A stretch of 64,000 nt of DNA from Octopus sinensis (lineage: Eukaryota): the NCBI RefSeq assembly GCF_006345805.1, contig NW_021832609.1, positions 41,971 to 105,970 of the forward strand, written 5' to 3'. This document shows positions 1-11,011 of the stretch, piece by piece; the first letter of the stretch is position 1; every line of letters starts with the position of its first letter. Under the pieces are notes generated by a model. The model saw nothing but the letters and a program-made list of their open reading frames with translations, made no database searches and was not told the origin of the DNA. Both the position numbers and the translations under genes were made by a program.

Positions 1-2955
1 CTGCGAAACAATACTGATGTAAGAAGGTCGAACCTTACGTTATAACAACACTAAGCAAAACCTGTAATATATGCTCTTTAATATATATTTTTTTTAATGT
101 TTTAAAATGTTACTTAGCTCATTTATAAATTAATTCAATTCTTCGATCTTTCTGGGCAAATATATCTATCACATTTTCATAGAAATCTTCTCTTTTCATC
201 AATTCTTGTAATAAATCTTTTTCAATTGACATTAGTGCTAACCCAGACAGTCTTCTTTCTCCTGTCGCATTTCTTTGGTATGTTTTAATTCTACTTAATG
301 CAGAAAAGGATCGCTCTACAGAAGCAGTGGTAGACGGAATTGTCAAAATCAACTTGCACAGATTGAAGAGTTCTGGCATAGCTTCAACAAGATCAGTGCT
401 GTTAATGTAACTCATTAAATGACTTACACTTGGTTTTTTAAAATCTTTCATTGAATACATCACATTGAGCTCACTTTGTAATCGTATTACATCAAAAAAT
501 CTGCCATAAGTTGTTCTTAAAGAATCTAAAGAGTCCACAGGAAATTGTTTGCAATACTCATCAACTTTGTTGAAATTCAAAAGTTCCATGAATTTAAACT
601 CTTCTAAGGATGAATATCGTGCTTTTATTTGGTCAACTATTGTACTTATAATTTTGTTATAAAGCGTTCTATAATGTCGTTGGGGATCAATAGATATATT
701 CTTGGATCTCTGAATTCCGATTCCTGCATCGACTCCATATTTTCCCCTAACCTATCATAAAAGACTGAAAAATTATCAAGTTTGTTTTCGAGTACAGTTC
801 TAGTTTTATCTATTTGCTGTTTACAATACACTATGTCATGACTTTTACTCTGGAGTATGTTAAATAAGACGTCAGTAAAAGAAAAAATGTCACTGAATAC
901 CTCTAACAAAAATAAGAATCAGGAGCTTTTAAAATATGTAAGAATCCAATTGCTGAATTTATGGTAGTCTCATCCCATGCTTCAGGATTTTCAATGATGT
1001 GTTCAAAAAGGCTGATTATGAAATTATAATTTTCCTTTATGGTAATAATAAGACGTGAGGAGTAATTCCATCTAGTTGCTGTTGCTTTCGGAAATCTTTT
1101 TTTAACAATATTATCTAATGCATTAGTCCTTTTCGGTGATTTCGTAAAAAATGTACCGAGTCCATTTATTGTAGAAAAAATATCTTGCATTCTTTCATAG
1201 CAGAGCATGATTGTGAAAGAACTAAATTTAGGATTTGGGCACAACAATGAATAAAGATCGCACATTCATATTTCTTTCTTACTTTTGCCTGTAACCCATT
1301 TAGTTGTCCTGCCATTGTAGCGGCACCATCATATGTCTGCGCAATCAATTTGTTTCCACATTCCCACGTCTCAATGCATTTAAAAACATGTTCAGATAAA
1401 GCATTTGCAGATCGATCTGCACTAACATCACTAAAACCGATAAATCGTTCTTTCGTCACACAGTCTTCTGTAACATAACGTAAAACTGTTGACAGTTGTG
1501 AAGATGCTGAGACATCAGATGTCTCATCAACAAGAATAGAAACAAACTTAGCTTGGTCAATTTCCTTCTGCATCTCATTCAACATAACTTTATGAATTGC
1601 TTCGATCAAGTCATTTTGAATTCTGTTCGACAGACCAGTGAAGATAGAAGCTGTATCTAAATGACTTTCCATTTGTTTGTCATACTTACTGATCAAATAA
1701 ACGAGTTCTTTATAATTTCCCCGATTATTAGAGCCTTCAGATTCAAAATGACCCCAAAACGATAATTCCTGGAGGCCTAAAAATATAACAACATCGATCA
1801 ATCGTTGCAGAATGGATCTGTTTCGTCGAACTTTCTCATTATGCTGTTGTATGCTTTGATTTTTACGTGCATCTAATTGTAAGTCTATGCGAACATTCCC
1901 GAATATTTTAGGTCTATCAAACATTTTATATGCCTTTGAGAACGCTCGTGCTTTAGCATAGCCATATGTAAATTATTTAAATCATCATAGCCTTTATCAT
2001 TCCAAACATTTTTTTCTAAGCCAAAAAGTAAACACGGCCAACAGAATAATTTATTAAGAGCAACACTTCCAGTAACCATTCTTCTTTTCATACGAATTAA
2101 CCTGAAATTGTCTCGTGAATTTCTTGTTGTAGCTTCGCAAATTAGGTAAATTCGGTGTTGGTCTCCCGCGATTTATAATTAATTTTTTCCCATCGAAGTC
2201 CCTTTTAGAAAAACTAGTTCTCAAAATATCGTTTATAGCACACATTTCACTCATTTTTAAAAAGGCTGCTCTTATTTAAGGACCCACGTGGAAGCGCCGG
2301 CGTAAATTTTAAGTCAATTTCAACAAAACGGAAAAATACCCTTTGTTAAATTAATTTAAGATTAATTAGCTATTTCTGAAATAAGAAATATAATGTAGAT
2401 ATTTTTGCTTTCAAAACTTTCTAAAAATATGATAGTGCAAACGGATGTTTTGGATAAAAAATTTCAAACTTACATGCGAAGGCTATTCCAACATTTCAGC
2501 TGGCTAAAACAAGAATTATGGGACGGCTCGTGTTCCGGTCAAAATAGCCAGAGGCGTGATATGCGATCTAAGCACAGCATGACACGCCAAACTGAATTTG
2601 TCGAATCGCTGAGAGAGAAGGGGGTGACCATTCCTCGTAGTATATCTTTTAAACAAAGAAAGAGGGAGAAGGGACAAACTATCAAAGACAGAGAGAAGGG
2701 ACTCATGCTGTCTTCCCAACGCATGACAAGCGATAAATTTATCGAGTCACTAAGATAGAGAGAGAGAGAGAGAGAGGAAGGAAGGACAAACTAATACAGA
2801 CAGAGAGGAGTGTGTATCATGCGATCTTCTAAAAGCATTTATCAAAGCAGATGTACGAAGTGGAGACAATATTTCTAAAACAACTGGACGTATTTTCTTT
2901 GAAACAAGGAAGGCATGCAGCACATACCTTGCATTGCTGAGAGTGCACGCCCCTG
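1..2955 (-). mobile_element. hAT DNA transposon, 3' end beyond window start
   Basis: Decayed hAT transposase at 119-2254. The 5' terminus at 2955 reads CAGGGGCGTGCACTC on the minus strand, a hAT-like TIR start. The other TIR and the TSD cannot be checked. Confidence 0.85.
119..2254 (-). pseudogene. Frameshifted ZMYM1-like hAT transposase (DUF4371-like region, DDE core, C-terminal dimerisation domain)
   Basis: Six overlapping or adjacent ORF pieces: LFCWPCLLF, NRGNYKEL, SILVDETSDVS, QTYDGAATMAG, FIHCCAQILNL, TRWN, TIPSTTASVERSFSALSRIKT. Confidence 0.9.
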
Positions 2956-3169
2956 GTGCATGTATATATGTATATAGGTAAAAGTTCTTGAAATTCTTGC
3001 AGATCAAATTCAGAATTGAATTAATAGTGAATCAGTTGATTTTATTTTTCCACACATTTCTCAGTTAAGTAAACATATTGATTATTTACACAAACTATTT
3101 CAAAAAATGTTGTAACAAAGGTTATTGGTAACTTGCCATCTGAAAAGAAGTCAAAATGTGAAAACAAAG

Positions 3170-3247
3170 AAAGATGGTGCCACTCAGTGGGACTGAACCT
3201 CAAACCACATGGTTGCAAAGCAAGCTTCTTAACCGCACAGCCATGTC
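3170..3247 (-). mobile_element. tRNA-SINE 5' remnant
   Basis: Reverse complement of GGGACTGAACCTCAAACCACATGGTTGCAAAGCAAGCTTCTTAACCGCACAGCC resembles a SINE A/B-box head; a similar piece lies at ~22930-22985. Confidence 0.5.
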
Positions 3248-3710
3248 TACTCCTCTACACATATAATATAACATCATGCTGTTTCTACTTTCTATGGTGA
3301 TATGAATTGGATGGATTGACAGGATTCAATGGATTGGAGGTCCAGATCTTACTTCAGTGTTTTGATGCAATGAAGGAAATGCATTTGATCATATGTCTGG
3401 CTTGGGTGTAAACAACAACAAAAGGACTTGATCATCTATCCACTTTTAATGCTGAGTATGAAAAAGTGGAAGAGAAAATGCTCTTTTTCTTGATTTATCA
3501 CACTTGCAATGATAGTTAAATTTATTATGCACTCCTATATATGTCAATTATTTTTATTTGACTTTTCTGTATCATCTATATCCATATATTTTATTATAAT
3601 ATTATATTATTGATATTTTTCAATGCATCTTAGAAGTAGTTCATTTCAAATATCATGCACCACACTCACACATACAAACAATAAATAATTTTTCATTTTC
3701 TCTTTTAAAG

Positions 3711-3749
3711 ATGCGGCACGTGCTAATGCAATTTCATCCAAGCCAAACA
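3711..3749 (+). CDS. Probable 39-nt phase-1 exon of host gene (x-AARANAISSKPN)
   Basis: Acceptor tttttcattttctcttttaaAG, donor GTAAGT, length divisible by 3 and open in phase 1, like the cassette exons downstream. Confidence 0.55.
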
Positions 3750-3938
3750 GTAAGTATAATTAATGCCATTACTTTCAGAATTATATATATACAGTTAATA
3801 TATATAATAGTAATATGTACACTACACACACCCAAACATATGCATGCATACACACACACGCACAAATACAAATGTCAAAACAGAAGAATGAAAATGTTTG
3901 GTATAATTTAATTTTACGTTACGCATGTTTCATTATAG

Positions 3939-3954
3939 AATTGGTGTCACAAAA
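3939..3954 (+). CDS. Candidate 16-nt microexon (phase 1 to 2; LVSQ)
   Basis: ttcattatAG ... GTATAC (weak donor). Its phase links exon 3711-3749 in frame to 4253-4281. Confidence 0.25.
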
Positions 3955-4092
3955 GTATACATGTTGAAAAATGTATAGAACCTCTGTCTATAATTCTTCA
4001 AAGAGTTTAAAATATTAAGAGGAGTGAAAACAAGATAGAGAAAATACATATATTTATGTATATACATGTACACACATACATATGTACACATA

Positions 4093-4109
4093 TATCTATA
4101 CTTATATAC

Positions 4110-4152
<43 letters not shown>
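4093..4152. repeat. (TG)n microsatellite
   Basis: About 30 TG units. Other simple repeats: (TAGA)n ~6505-6570, (TA)n ~19900-20030 and ~40715-40975, (ATGY)n ~43840-43940, (CAG/TAG)n ~55545-55605. Confidence 0.95.
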
Positions 4153-4153
<1 letters not shown>

Positions 4154-4252
4154 ATGCATATAAATATAAACAAACTAATGGTAATTTTTATTTGGAGCAT
4201 TGAAATATGTATTCTATGAAAGAAACAAGAAGCTGATGTTTTTTTATTGCAG

Positions 4253-4281
4253 TATTGCTGTCAGAACAACAGAGATAATGG
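4253..4281 (+). CDS. Candidate 29-nt microexon (phase 2 to 1; IAVRTTEIM)
   Basis: ttttttattgcAG acceptor, GTAAAT donor. It has a stop in phase 1 but is open in phase 2. Confidence 0.3.
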
Positions 4282-4667
4282 GTAAATAGCTTTACAAGGC
4301 GAAAAAAGTTGTCAACAAACTTTGTTTAAAAAAATATCAACATCTTATTTGTATTGTACAATGCACATTTTGACACTTCTAATAAAAGCAACATGCGTGG
4401 TTGTTCAATAAGTTATTTAGCATCTAAATCGGCAGATGAATTTGTCAGCAGGCAGTTTAACTTAATGGCAAATCACTCAGCTGGAGTCTTGGGGGATGTA
4501 GATTCAAGTCCCATGGCTGTTTGTCAACAACTTTTTCCACCTTTTAAGGGTATTTACCCATTACTTCCGCTGTTCAAATGATAACACTGCATTAAAAAAA
4601 TATCAACTTTTGTTTGTATCACACAATATATGTGTGTGTGTGTGTGTATGTGTATGTATTACTGTAG

Positions 4668-4688
4668 TATCTGTGCCAAGCAGTTTAG
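4668..4688 (+). CDS. Candidate 21-nt phase-1 microexon (SVPSSL)
   Basis: ttactgtAG ... GTATAAG. A related copy at 4974-4999 shares CCAAGCAGT..TTAG|GTATAAGC. Confidence 0.3.
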   Translation, partial: YLCQAV

Positions 4689-6469
4689 GTATAAGCTAAA
4701 TTTATGTTTGTGACATATTTCAAATACAAAAGGCAAATTCAGAGCAGTTACCAGAGAGAAAAATTCTCTCTTACTGTAAAAAAAGGTGTAAAAACACCAT
4801 ATCTATCCAGTGCTGTCACCTGTCAGATTCTCAGACATGGATGTTTTTAGCTTCTAGCCATTATCAATGTGAAATACCAAGAGAGACAACTCTGGACAGA
4901 CCTTTAACTAAAACACAGTCAACAACAATTACTGATGTGCGCCAGTAGACCACCAAGGTCATGAAAGTTACAGTAATATTAGCACCAAGCAGTATTTAGG
5001 TATAAGCCAAAAATATATATTTATACACACATATATATACATTCAGACATCTGCATGAATGCAAGCACCATCATCATCATCAATGTCATCATGTTTTAAC
5101 ATCTATATTCCTGCTAGCATGGGATAGATGGTTTGACAGGAAATGGCAAGCTGGAGAACTACATCAGGATCCATTGTCTGCTTTGGCAAGATTTCTATGC
5201 CTGGATGTCCTTCCTAACTCTAACCACTTTACAGCAGGATTGCAAAGTAACTTGCAAGACAAAGACCTCTTGGCTGGGAGTAAGCAAAGAAGCATTGTGC
5301 CAGTTGAGAGGTTAAAGTGTAATAGAGAGATAGAGAGATGTCTTACTATACTTGGCTACACCGCTAGAAAAAGAAAGGAGAGTTAGAGTCAGAGAGAAAG
5401 ACAGACAGAAGAAGATGACGTTGGAGGTGCAGCAGGACATATACACAGGGTGCTGTGTGGAAAATATAAATGGTACACAGGGGATAAGAGGAATGTTTCA
5501 TAAGTGTGTGCAGGGAGATGTTTAGAAGTGTGGAAGAGGTGACTGTAGCAGTTGTTGCTGAAAGAAATTGGAGTGGATGTGGGTAGTATGGTAGATATGT
5601 GAGGACATGGAGAGTGTGTAAGGAGACATGTGAAGGGGCCTGCAGTGGATAGTGAGAAGATGGTTTGTGGGGGGGGGGGATTTGGCAGAGCAAACGCTAT
5701 GCCTGAGTATTAGTGGACATGGTTATAAAGGACATGTCTCTATGGCCACGATTTTACTTAGCTTAATGTGTCTTCTGAAGCTCATCAAATTGCCAGGATT
5801 TTTGGTTGCTTGTCATCTCTTCTGTGAGGCTAAACATCTGAAGATTATTTCTCACCACTTCATCCTACATCTTCCTGGATTTACCAGTTTCACAGGTTCC
5901 TTCCACATTTGGAGATTGGCACTTCTTTATGCAGTTGTTCTCATCCATATGCATCGCATGACCATGAAGGCAGTCTTCCCTTTTGCACACTATATCTGAT
6001 GCCTCTTATACACAGTTTTTTCAGTTTTACACTTGAAATATTTACACTCTCATGTACATATATTTTGTCATTACCCATCCAGTGGAGTACACACTCCCAA
6101 GCACACAGACATGTTTATGAACTTAGACATGGTCTATAATTATATATGAAAGTAATTCTATACACAATATATGTAGCACATAAAAATATATGAACTATTT
6201 CAAAATTTTGTGTGTGTGTGTACCTGTGTGTTTGTGTATGTCTTTCAACATAGAGACAATGCAACACATACTTCAAAAAATGACTTCCACTTTAATGATA
6301 GGTGGTGGTGGTGGTTGTGTTGTTGTTGTTGTTATAAGAGAAATTCACTGGGAGAGAAAGTGAGAGAAATTATGTGTGTGTATGAGATAGAATCAAAGTT
6401 ATTTCTAGTAAAAAAAAGTTGTAGTTGTTGAAAAAGGAATACGGTTAGAGAGAGAGAGAGAGAGAATGA

Positions 6470-6509
<40 letters not shown>

Positions 6510-6534
6510 TAGAGAGATAGATAGATGATTGATT

Positions 6535-6571
<37 letters not shown>

Positions 6572-7212
6572 TTGGGTAAATAGGTATGGAAACTGTTGTC
6601 ACCATAGTGTACTAATGAAACTTTCAACAGATAAAAGTTTATTCTAAAAAGAAGGTATATACATGATTAACAAATATTTTTACCAGTAGTATAGCCACAG
6701 GTAAAGACTTAGTTGATAATAAAATAATCTGCCATGTTACTTCTAGACACATACAATAACACATACATACATCAACACACACACACAGATATTACAGATG
6801 TCAATAACAGTAACTATATTTGTCTTACTTCTTGGACTGAAGCTGTCATAATCTTAAATAGGAAATAGACATAGTAAAATTTAATATTTTGTTTTATTGT
6901 GTTATCTATTTATTCTTTATCTTATGTCTCAATGATATAGTAGTCATTTTTCAAATAAGCATCAAGAGTATAAATAGTAATAGTTCTTCCAATTATAGAT
7001 GCAAGGCCTGGAATTTAGAAGGAGCATTCAGCCTGTATTTGAGAGAAGCAGGCTTCAATTCTCCATAGCTGTCTACTGGCAACATTATTTTTATCTCCCT
7101 AGGGAAAACACCCTATCCTTCTCAGTTGTTTTAACAGCAATGCTGCATTCAAAGTTTACTTTCATGTCTGTAATATATATATATATATATTATATATATA
7201 TAATATATATAT

Positions 7213-7453
7213 GTGGCACATAAAAACACCATCCGAGCGTGGCCGTCTGCCAGCCTCGTCTGGCACCTGTGTCGGTGGCACATAAAATCACCCACTACAC
7301 TCTTGGAGTGGTTGGCGTTAGGAAGGGCATCCAGCTGTAGAAACACTGCCAGATCTGACTGGCCTGGTGCAGCCTTCGGGCTCCCCAGACCCCAGTTGAA
7401 CCGTCCAACCCATGCTAGCATGGAAAGCGGACATTAAAGGACGATGATGATGA
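7213..7453 (+). mobile_element. RTE-LINE 3' tail fragment
   Basis: GGAGTGGTTGGCGTTAGGAAGGGCATCCAGCTGTAGAAACACTGCC ending in (GAT)n. The same tail follows the RT fragments at ~27820-28070 and, on the minus strand, ~55760-55950. Confidence 0.75.
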
Positions 7454-7456
7454 TAT

Positions 7457-7900
7457 ATAAAAATAGAAATATTAAATTTCTAAATATCTCAGGGTGATAT
7501 AAGCAGTGGTGGAACGATAGAGCAGTTGTATACTGTCAACTTAACATGACAGTTTCATAAAGGGAATCACACCATTTAGCCTTAGGAAGCATCAAGGCTT
7601 CCTGTGGGCCTTGACATATTTCCTGTGTCCTTATGTTTACAAGGAGGAGACAAGCACCCCCACCCAGCTAAGCCTGTACCAGAGACATGTTTGTGAGTCT
7701 TGCTCGTCATCAGTCCGGGGTAGAGGGCTTGCTAGCTGACTGCAGATGCTTGTCTAGAACTTGTAAATATATATAATTTCAGTGGAGTAAATTCACTGAT
7801 CACAAAGAAAAAAAAATAGAAATATTAAATTTCTAAATATCTCAGAGAGATATAAGCAGTGGTGGAACGATAGAGCAGTTGTATACTCTCAACTTAACGT
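7457..7900. repeat. ~88-bp direct repeat (7457-7545 and 7811-7900)
   Basis: AAAATAGAAATATTAAATTTCTAAATATCTCAG...GATATAAGCAGTGGTGGAACGATAGAGCAGTTGTATACT.TCAACTTAAC occurs twice. Confidence 0.85.
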
Positions 7901-8149
7901 TAACATATGTATACTTATATATACGTGTATCAATAACACTGTGTACAAACTCTATACTTGGAGTGACCAATTTTAAATACTACTGGAATTTACTCACAAG
8001 GTATTGGAATCTTATATGTATACCATTCTACCTAAATAATGGATCTACAAATGCAATATCCCTGCATATCTCACATATATTTTCATTCCTCCACTTCACT
8101 CTCTATTTCATATCTTATCTAAATTAACTATTTCTTAACCATTTTCTCA

Positions 8150-8203
8150 CACCGTTTCCGATGAAGGGATGTATAAAACGTCCCGGAAACAGTTGTAAGA
8201 CCT
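8150..8203 (+). ncRNA. Decayed type I hammerhead ribozyme motif
   Basis: CCGATGA (U4C), stem II GGGATG/CGTCCC, GAAA, near-palindromic ACAGTTGT, GUA, stem I GTTT/AGAC. Confidence 0.55.
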
Positions 8204-8429
8204 TCTATTTATAAATGTTCTAAAATCTTCACAGCCTTGGATTTTTTTTATATACACTTGCTGATATATGACCTACTTTGGACTCTTTATTCGCATAATC
8301 TCCGAACCTGGAGCTTAACTATGGTCTGTCCATAGCACTTACTCAGCATTACCTGACACTTTTGGGTCTTATTGGCACCATTACCTCTCATAACTTATAT
8401 ATATATATATATATATATATACACGCATA

Positions 8430-8636
8430 CATGCATTATAATATCAAGGGCTATTACTGTGCAAAAAGCCACACTCTTTAATGGGATTCTAAAGTCAAAC
8501 TACTTCAATAAATATATACATGCATCGACATCGATGTGGGCACGTATGTATACTTATTGAAGTAGTTTGACTTTAGAGTCCCATTAAAGCATGTGGCTTT
8601 TACACACAGTTATAGCCCTTTATATTATAATGTATT
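8430..8636. repeat. Imperfect inverted repeat, ~90-bp arms
   Basis: CATTATAAT..AAGGGCTAT..AAAAGCCACA..TTTAATGGGATTCTAAAGTCAAACTACTTCAATAA is mirrored after a ~20-bp spacer. Confidence 0.85.
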
Positions 8637-8746
8637 TTATAAATAGAGGAAGAATTTAGATTTTTTTTCCTTAATTGGTTTACATGCTGGTACTCACTAA
8701 AATCTTATATAGATTTCATCATTATACATATATATATATATATATA

Positions 8747-9130
8747 GTGGAGGCGCAATGGCCCAGTGGTTAGGGCAGCGGACTCACGGTCGTAGGATCG
8801 CAGTTTCGATTCCCAGACCGGGCGTTGTGAGTGTTTATTGAGCGAAAACACCTAAAGCTCCACGAGGCTCTGGCAGGGGATGGTGGTGATCCCTGCTGTA
8901 CTCTTTCACCACAACCTTCTCTCACTCTTACTTCCTGTTTCTGTTGTACCTGTATTTCAAAGGGCCGGCCTTGTCACTCTCTGTTCACACACTGAATATC
9001 CCGAGAACTACGTTAAGGGTACACGTGTCTGTGGAGTGCTCAGCCACTTACACGTTAATTTCCCGAGCAGGCTGTTCCGCTGATCGGATCAACCGGAACC
9101 CTCGTCGTCGTAACTGACGGAGTGCTTCCA
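8747..9130 (+). mobile_element. Full-length tRNA-derived SINE
   Basis: A box TGGCCCAGTGG and B box GTTTCGATTCC followed by a non-tRNA body, flanked by TA runs. A 5' piece of the same family lies on the minus strand at ~42785-42842. Confidence 0.85.
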
Positions 9131-9164
9131 ATTGCAATTTCCATATATATATATATATATATAT

Positions 9165-9560
9165 ACTAGCAGTATCGCCCGGCGTTGCTCGGGTTTGTAA
9201 GGGAAATAATTATATAAGCATTTTTAGAGATGTAAAGTATAATAGCCATCTCAATATGGCTAACCACAAAGGGGGAGGGTGTTTACTGTAGCTTTTACGT
9301 TCTGAGATTTAATAATAATTTTAGAGAGTTACTTACTTCCCTATATATGTCAAAAATGGATAAAAATGGGAAAAATTGATGGTAAATTTTTTTTTAAATC
9401 GTAGACTCATCGTAGACGCGCGCTAATACCCAGACGGTCTCGATATGAATCACGACTATAAGATACCACCCGCTTTGGTTAAACTGCACCGCAAAATGTG
9501 GGAGTTTAGGAATCTAAATCGTAGGAGACAGACACACAACCTCACTTTTATATATAAAGA
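9165..9560 (+). mobile_element. Non-autonomous Helitron-like repeat
   Basis: Starts ACTAGCAGTATCGCCCGGCGTTGCTCGGG and ends ..AGACAGACACACAACCTCACTTTTATATATAAAG. Similar ends at ~62000-62155 and ~63616. Family assignment is from memory. Confidence 0.45.
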
Positions 9561-9723
9561 TTGCCTCTATTTACATAATATTGAGGTCTCTTTCTTTCTT
9601 TGTTATCTTACTGTTTTTACCAATATACATATATATATATATATATAAATATATATATAGTTACAGAGATGTACTTGCATAGCAAGTGACTTGATCTGAG
9701 ATCGTGTGCTGGAACGAAAACAG

Positions 9724-9980
9724 TTGCAGCGTTGAAGGTGTTTATAAGCCATTTAAGAAACAACAAAACCGTTAGATTCACTTCAACATTTAAATTAAAT
9801 TTGTCAAAATATTTTCGTCGCTTTGAGACCGCGACCTGTTAGCACGATATTTTTGTCAGTGAACAGGTCGCGGTCTCAAAGCGACGAAAATATTTTGGCA
9901 AATTAAATTTAAATGTTGAAGTGAATCTAACGGTTTTTGTGTGTTTCTTAAATGGCTTACAAACACCTTCCACGCTGCAA
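9724..9980. repeat. Palindrome with ~117-bp arms (9724-9840 / 9862-9980) carrying a hammerhead-topology motif
   Basis: Arms are direct reverse complements, e.g. TTTTCGTCGCTTTGAGACCGCGACCTGTT / AACAGGTCGCGGTCTCAAAGCGACGAAAA. Confidence 0.9.
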
Positions 9981-10084
9981 TATATATATACACATATATA
10001 TATTATGTATGTATGTATGTATGTGTGTATATGTGTATGCATGTATGTGTGTGTGTGTGCGTGTCTGTCCTTGTGATTGTCCTC

Positions 10085-10467
10085 CACCACTGCTTGACAA
10101 CGAATGTTGTTTGTTTACATCCCTGTCACCTAGTGGTTTGACAAAGGAAAAAGATAGAATAAGTACAATGCTTACAAAAATAAAACTGGAGTTGATTCAT
10201 TAAACTACAATTCTTCAAGGCATTGCCCCAGCATGGCCACAGAGCAATGGCTGGAAAAAGCAGAAGAATAAAAGAATTGAGGGGGACCTCTACATGGTAG
10301 CTAGACCTGGTAGAAATAGCAGCAAAATTTCCCCCAAATCACACCTTACTGTCTTATCTATGTATATATGTATGTATGAGCCTATGAGGGAGACCCCTAC
10401 ATGGCAGCTAGACATGGTAGAAATAGCAGCCAAATCTCCCTCAAATCACACCTTACTGTCTTATCTT
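10085..10467 (+). repeat. SINE body fragment followed by ~80-bp tandem duplication (10280-10358, 10388-10467)
   Basis: 10085-10275 resembles 13575-13775. CTACATGG.AGCTAGAC.TGGTAGAAATAGCAGC..AAT.TCCC.CAAATCACACCTTACTGTCTTATCT occurs twice. Confidence 0.65.
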
Positions 10468-10950
10468 TCTGCTACTTGGATATAGGTGTTATATTCGTCT
10501 AAAAAACTTTCCTGTCACACACTCACGCACACGCACATGCACACACACACGCGCACACACACACACACACACACTCACACACACGCACGTTAGCTTACAA
10601 TTTTATTTATATATTTGGCGTGTGTATGTGTGGAAAGAAGAAGTGGGAGGCAGAGTGAAAGAATCACTCACTACAGTAAGTGAATTAGTTTCATTTTATT
10701 CGTTGCCCACTGTGTTTGTGCGTTTGCGTGTGGTGTAAACCAGACTAAGAAAAGCATTTGACACACACACCAGAATGTGAGTTTTCTGTAAATTTTTTGC
10801 TTTATTGGAGTTTAAATTTTAAAAACTGGACCTGGCATGACGCGATGCTTGTACTCTTAAAAATGGCAGGTAAATTGTAATTGAAGAAATCCTATATTGT
10901 AGATTTGTATAACTCCCAAGGGAGGCAGATAAAATCTGCCTTTTATAATA

Positions 10951-11004
<54 letters not shown>

Positions 11005-11011
<7 letters not shown>

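Noticed and set aside
2405-2758. 117-aa ORF
   Set aside because: Lies in the hAT subterminal, AG-rich region and has no recognisable motif.
3065-3127. 63-nt exon candidate (good acceptor, GTAACT donor)
   Set aside because: Stops in all three phases.
6631-6700. Two microexon candidates (6631-6654, 6687-6700)
   Set aside because: The first has a stop in phase 1, and the gap between them is only 32 nt, too short for an intron.
8747-8830. tRNA gene
   Set aside because: A/B boxes run into a ~300-bp SINE body and I cannot build a complete cloverleaf; it is a SINE head.
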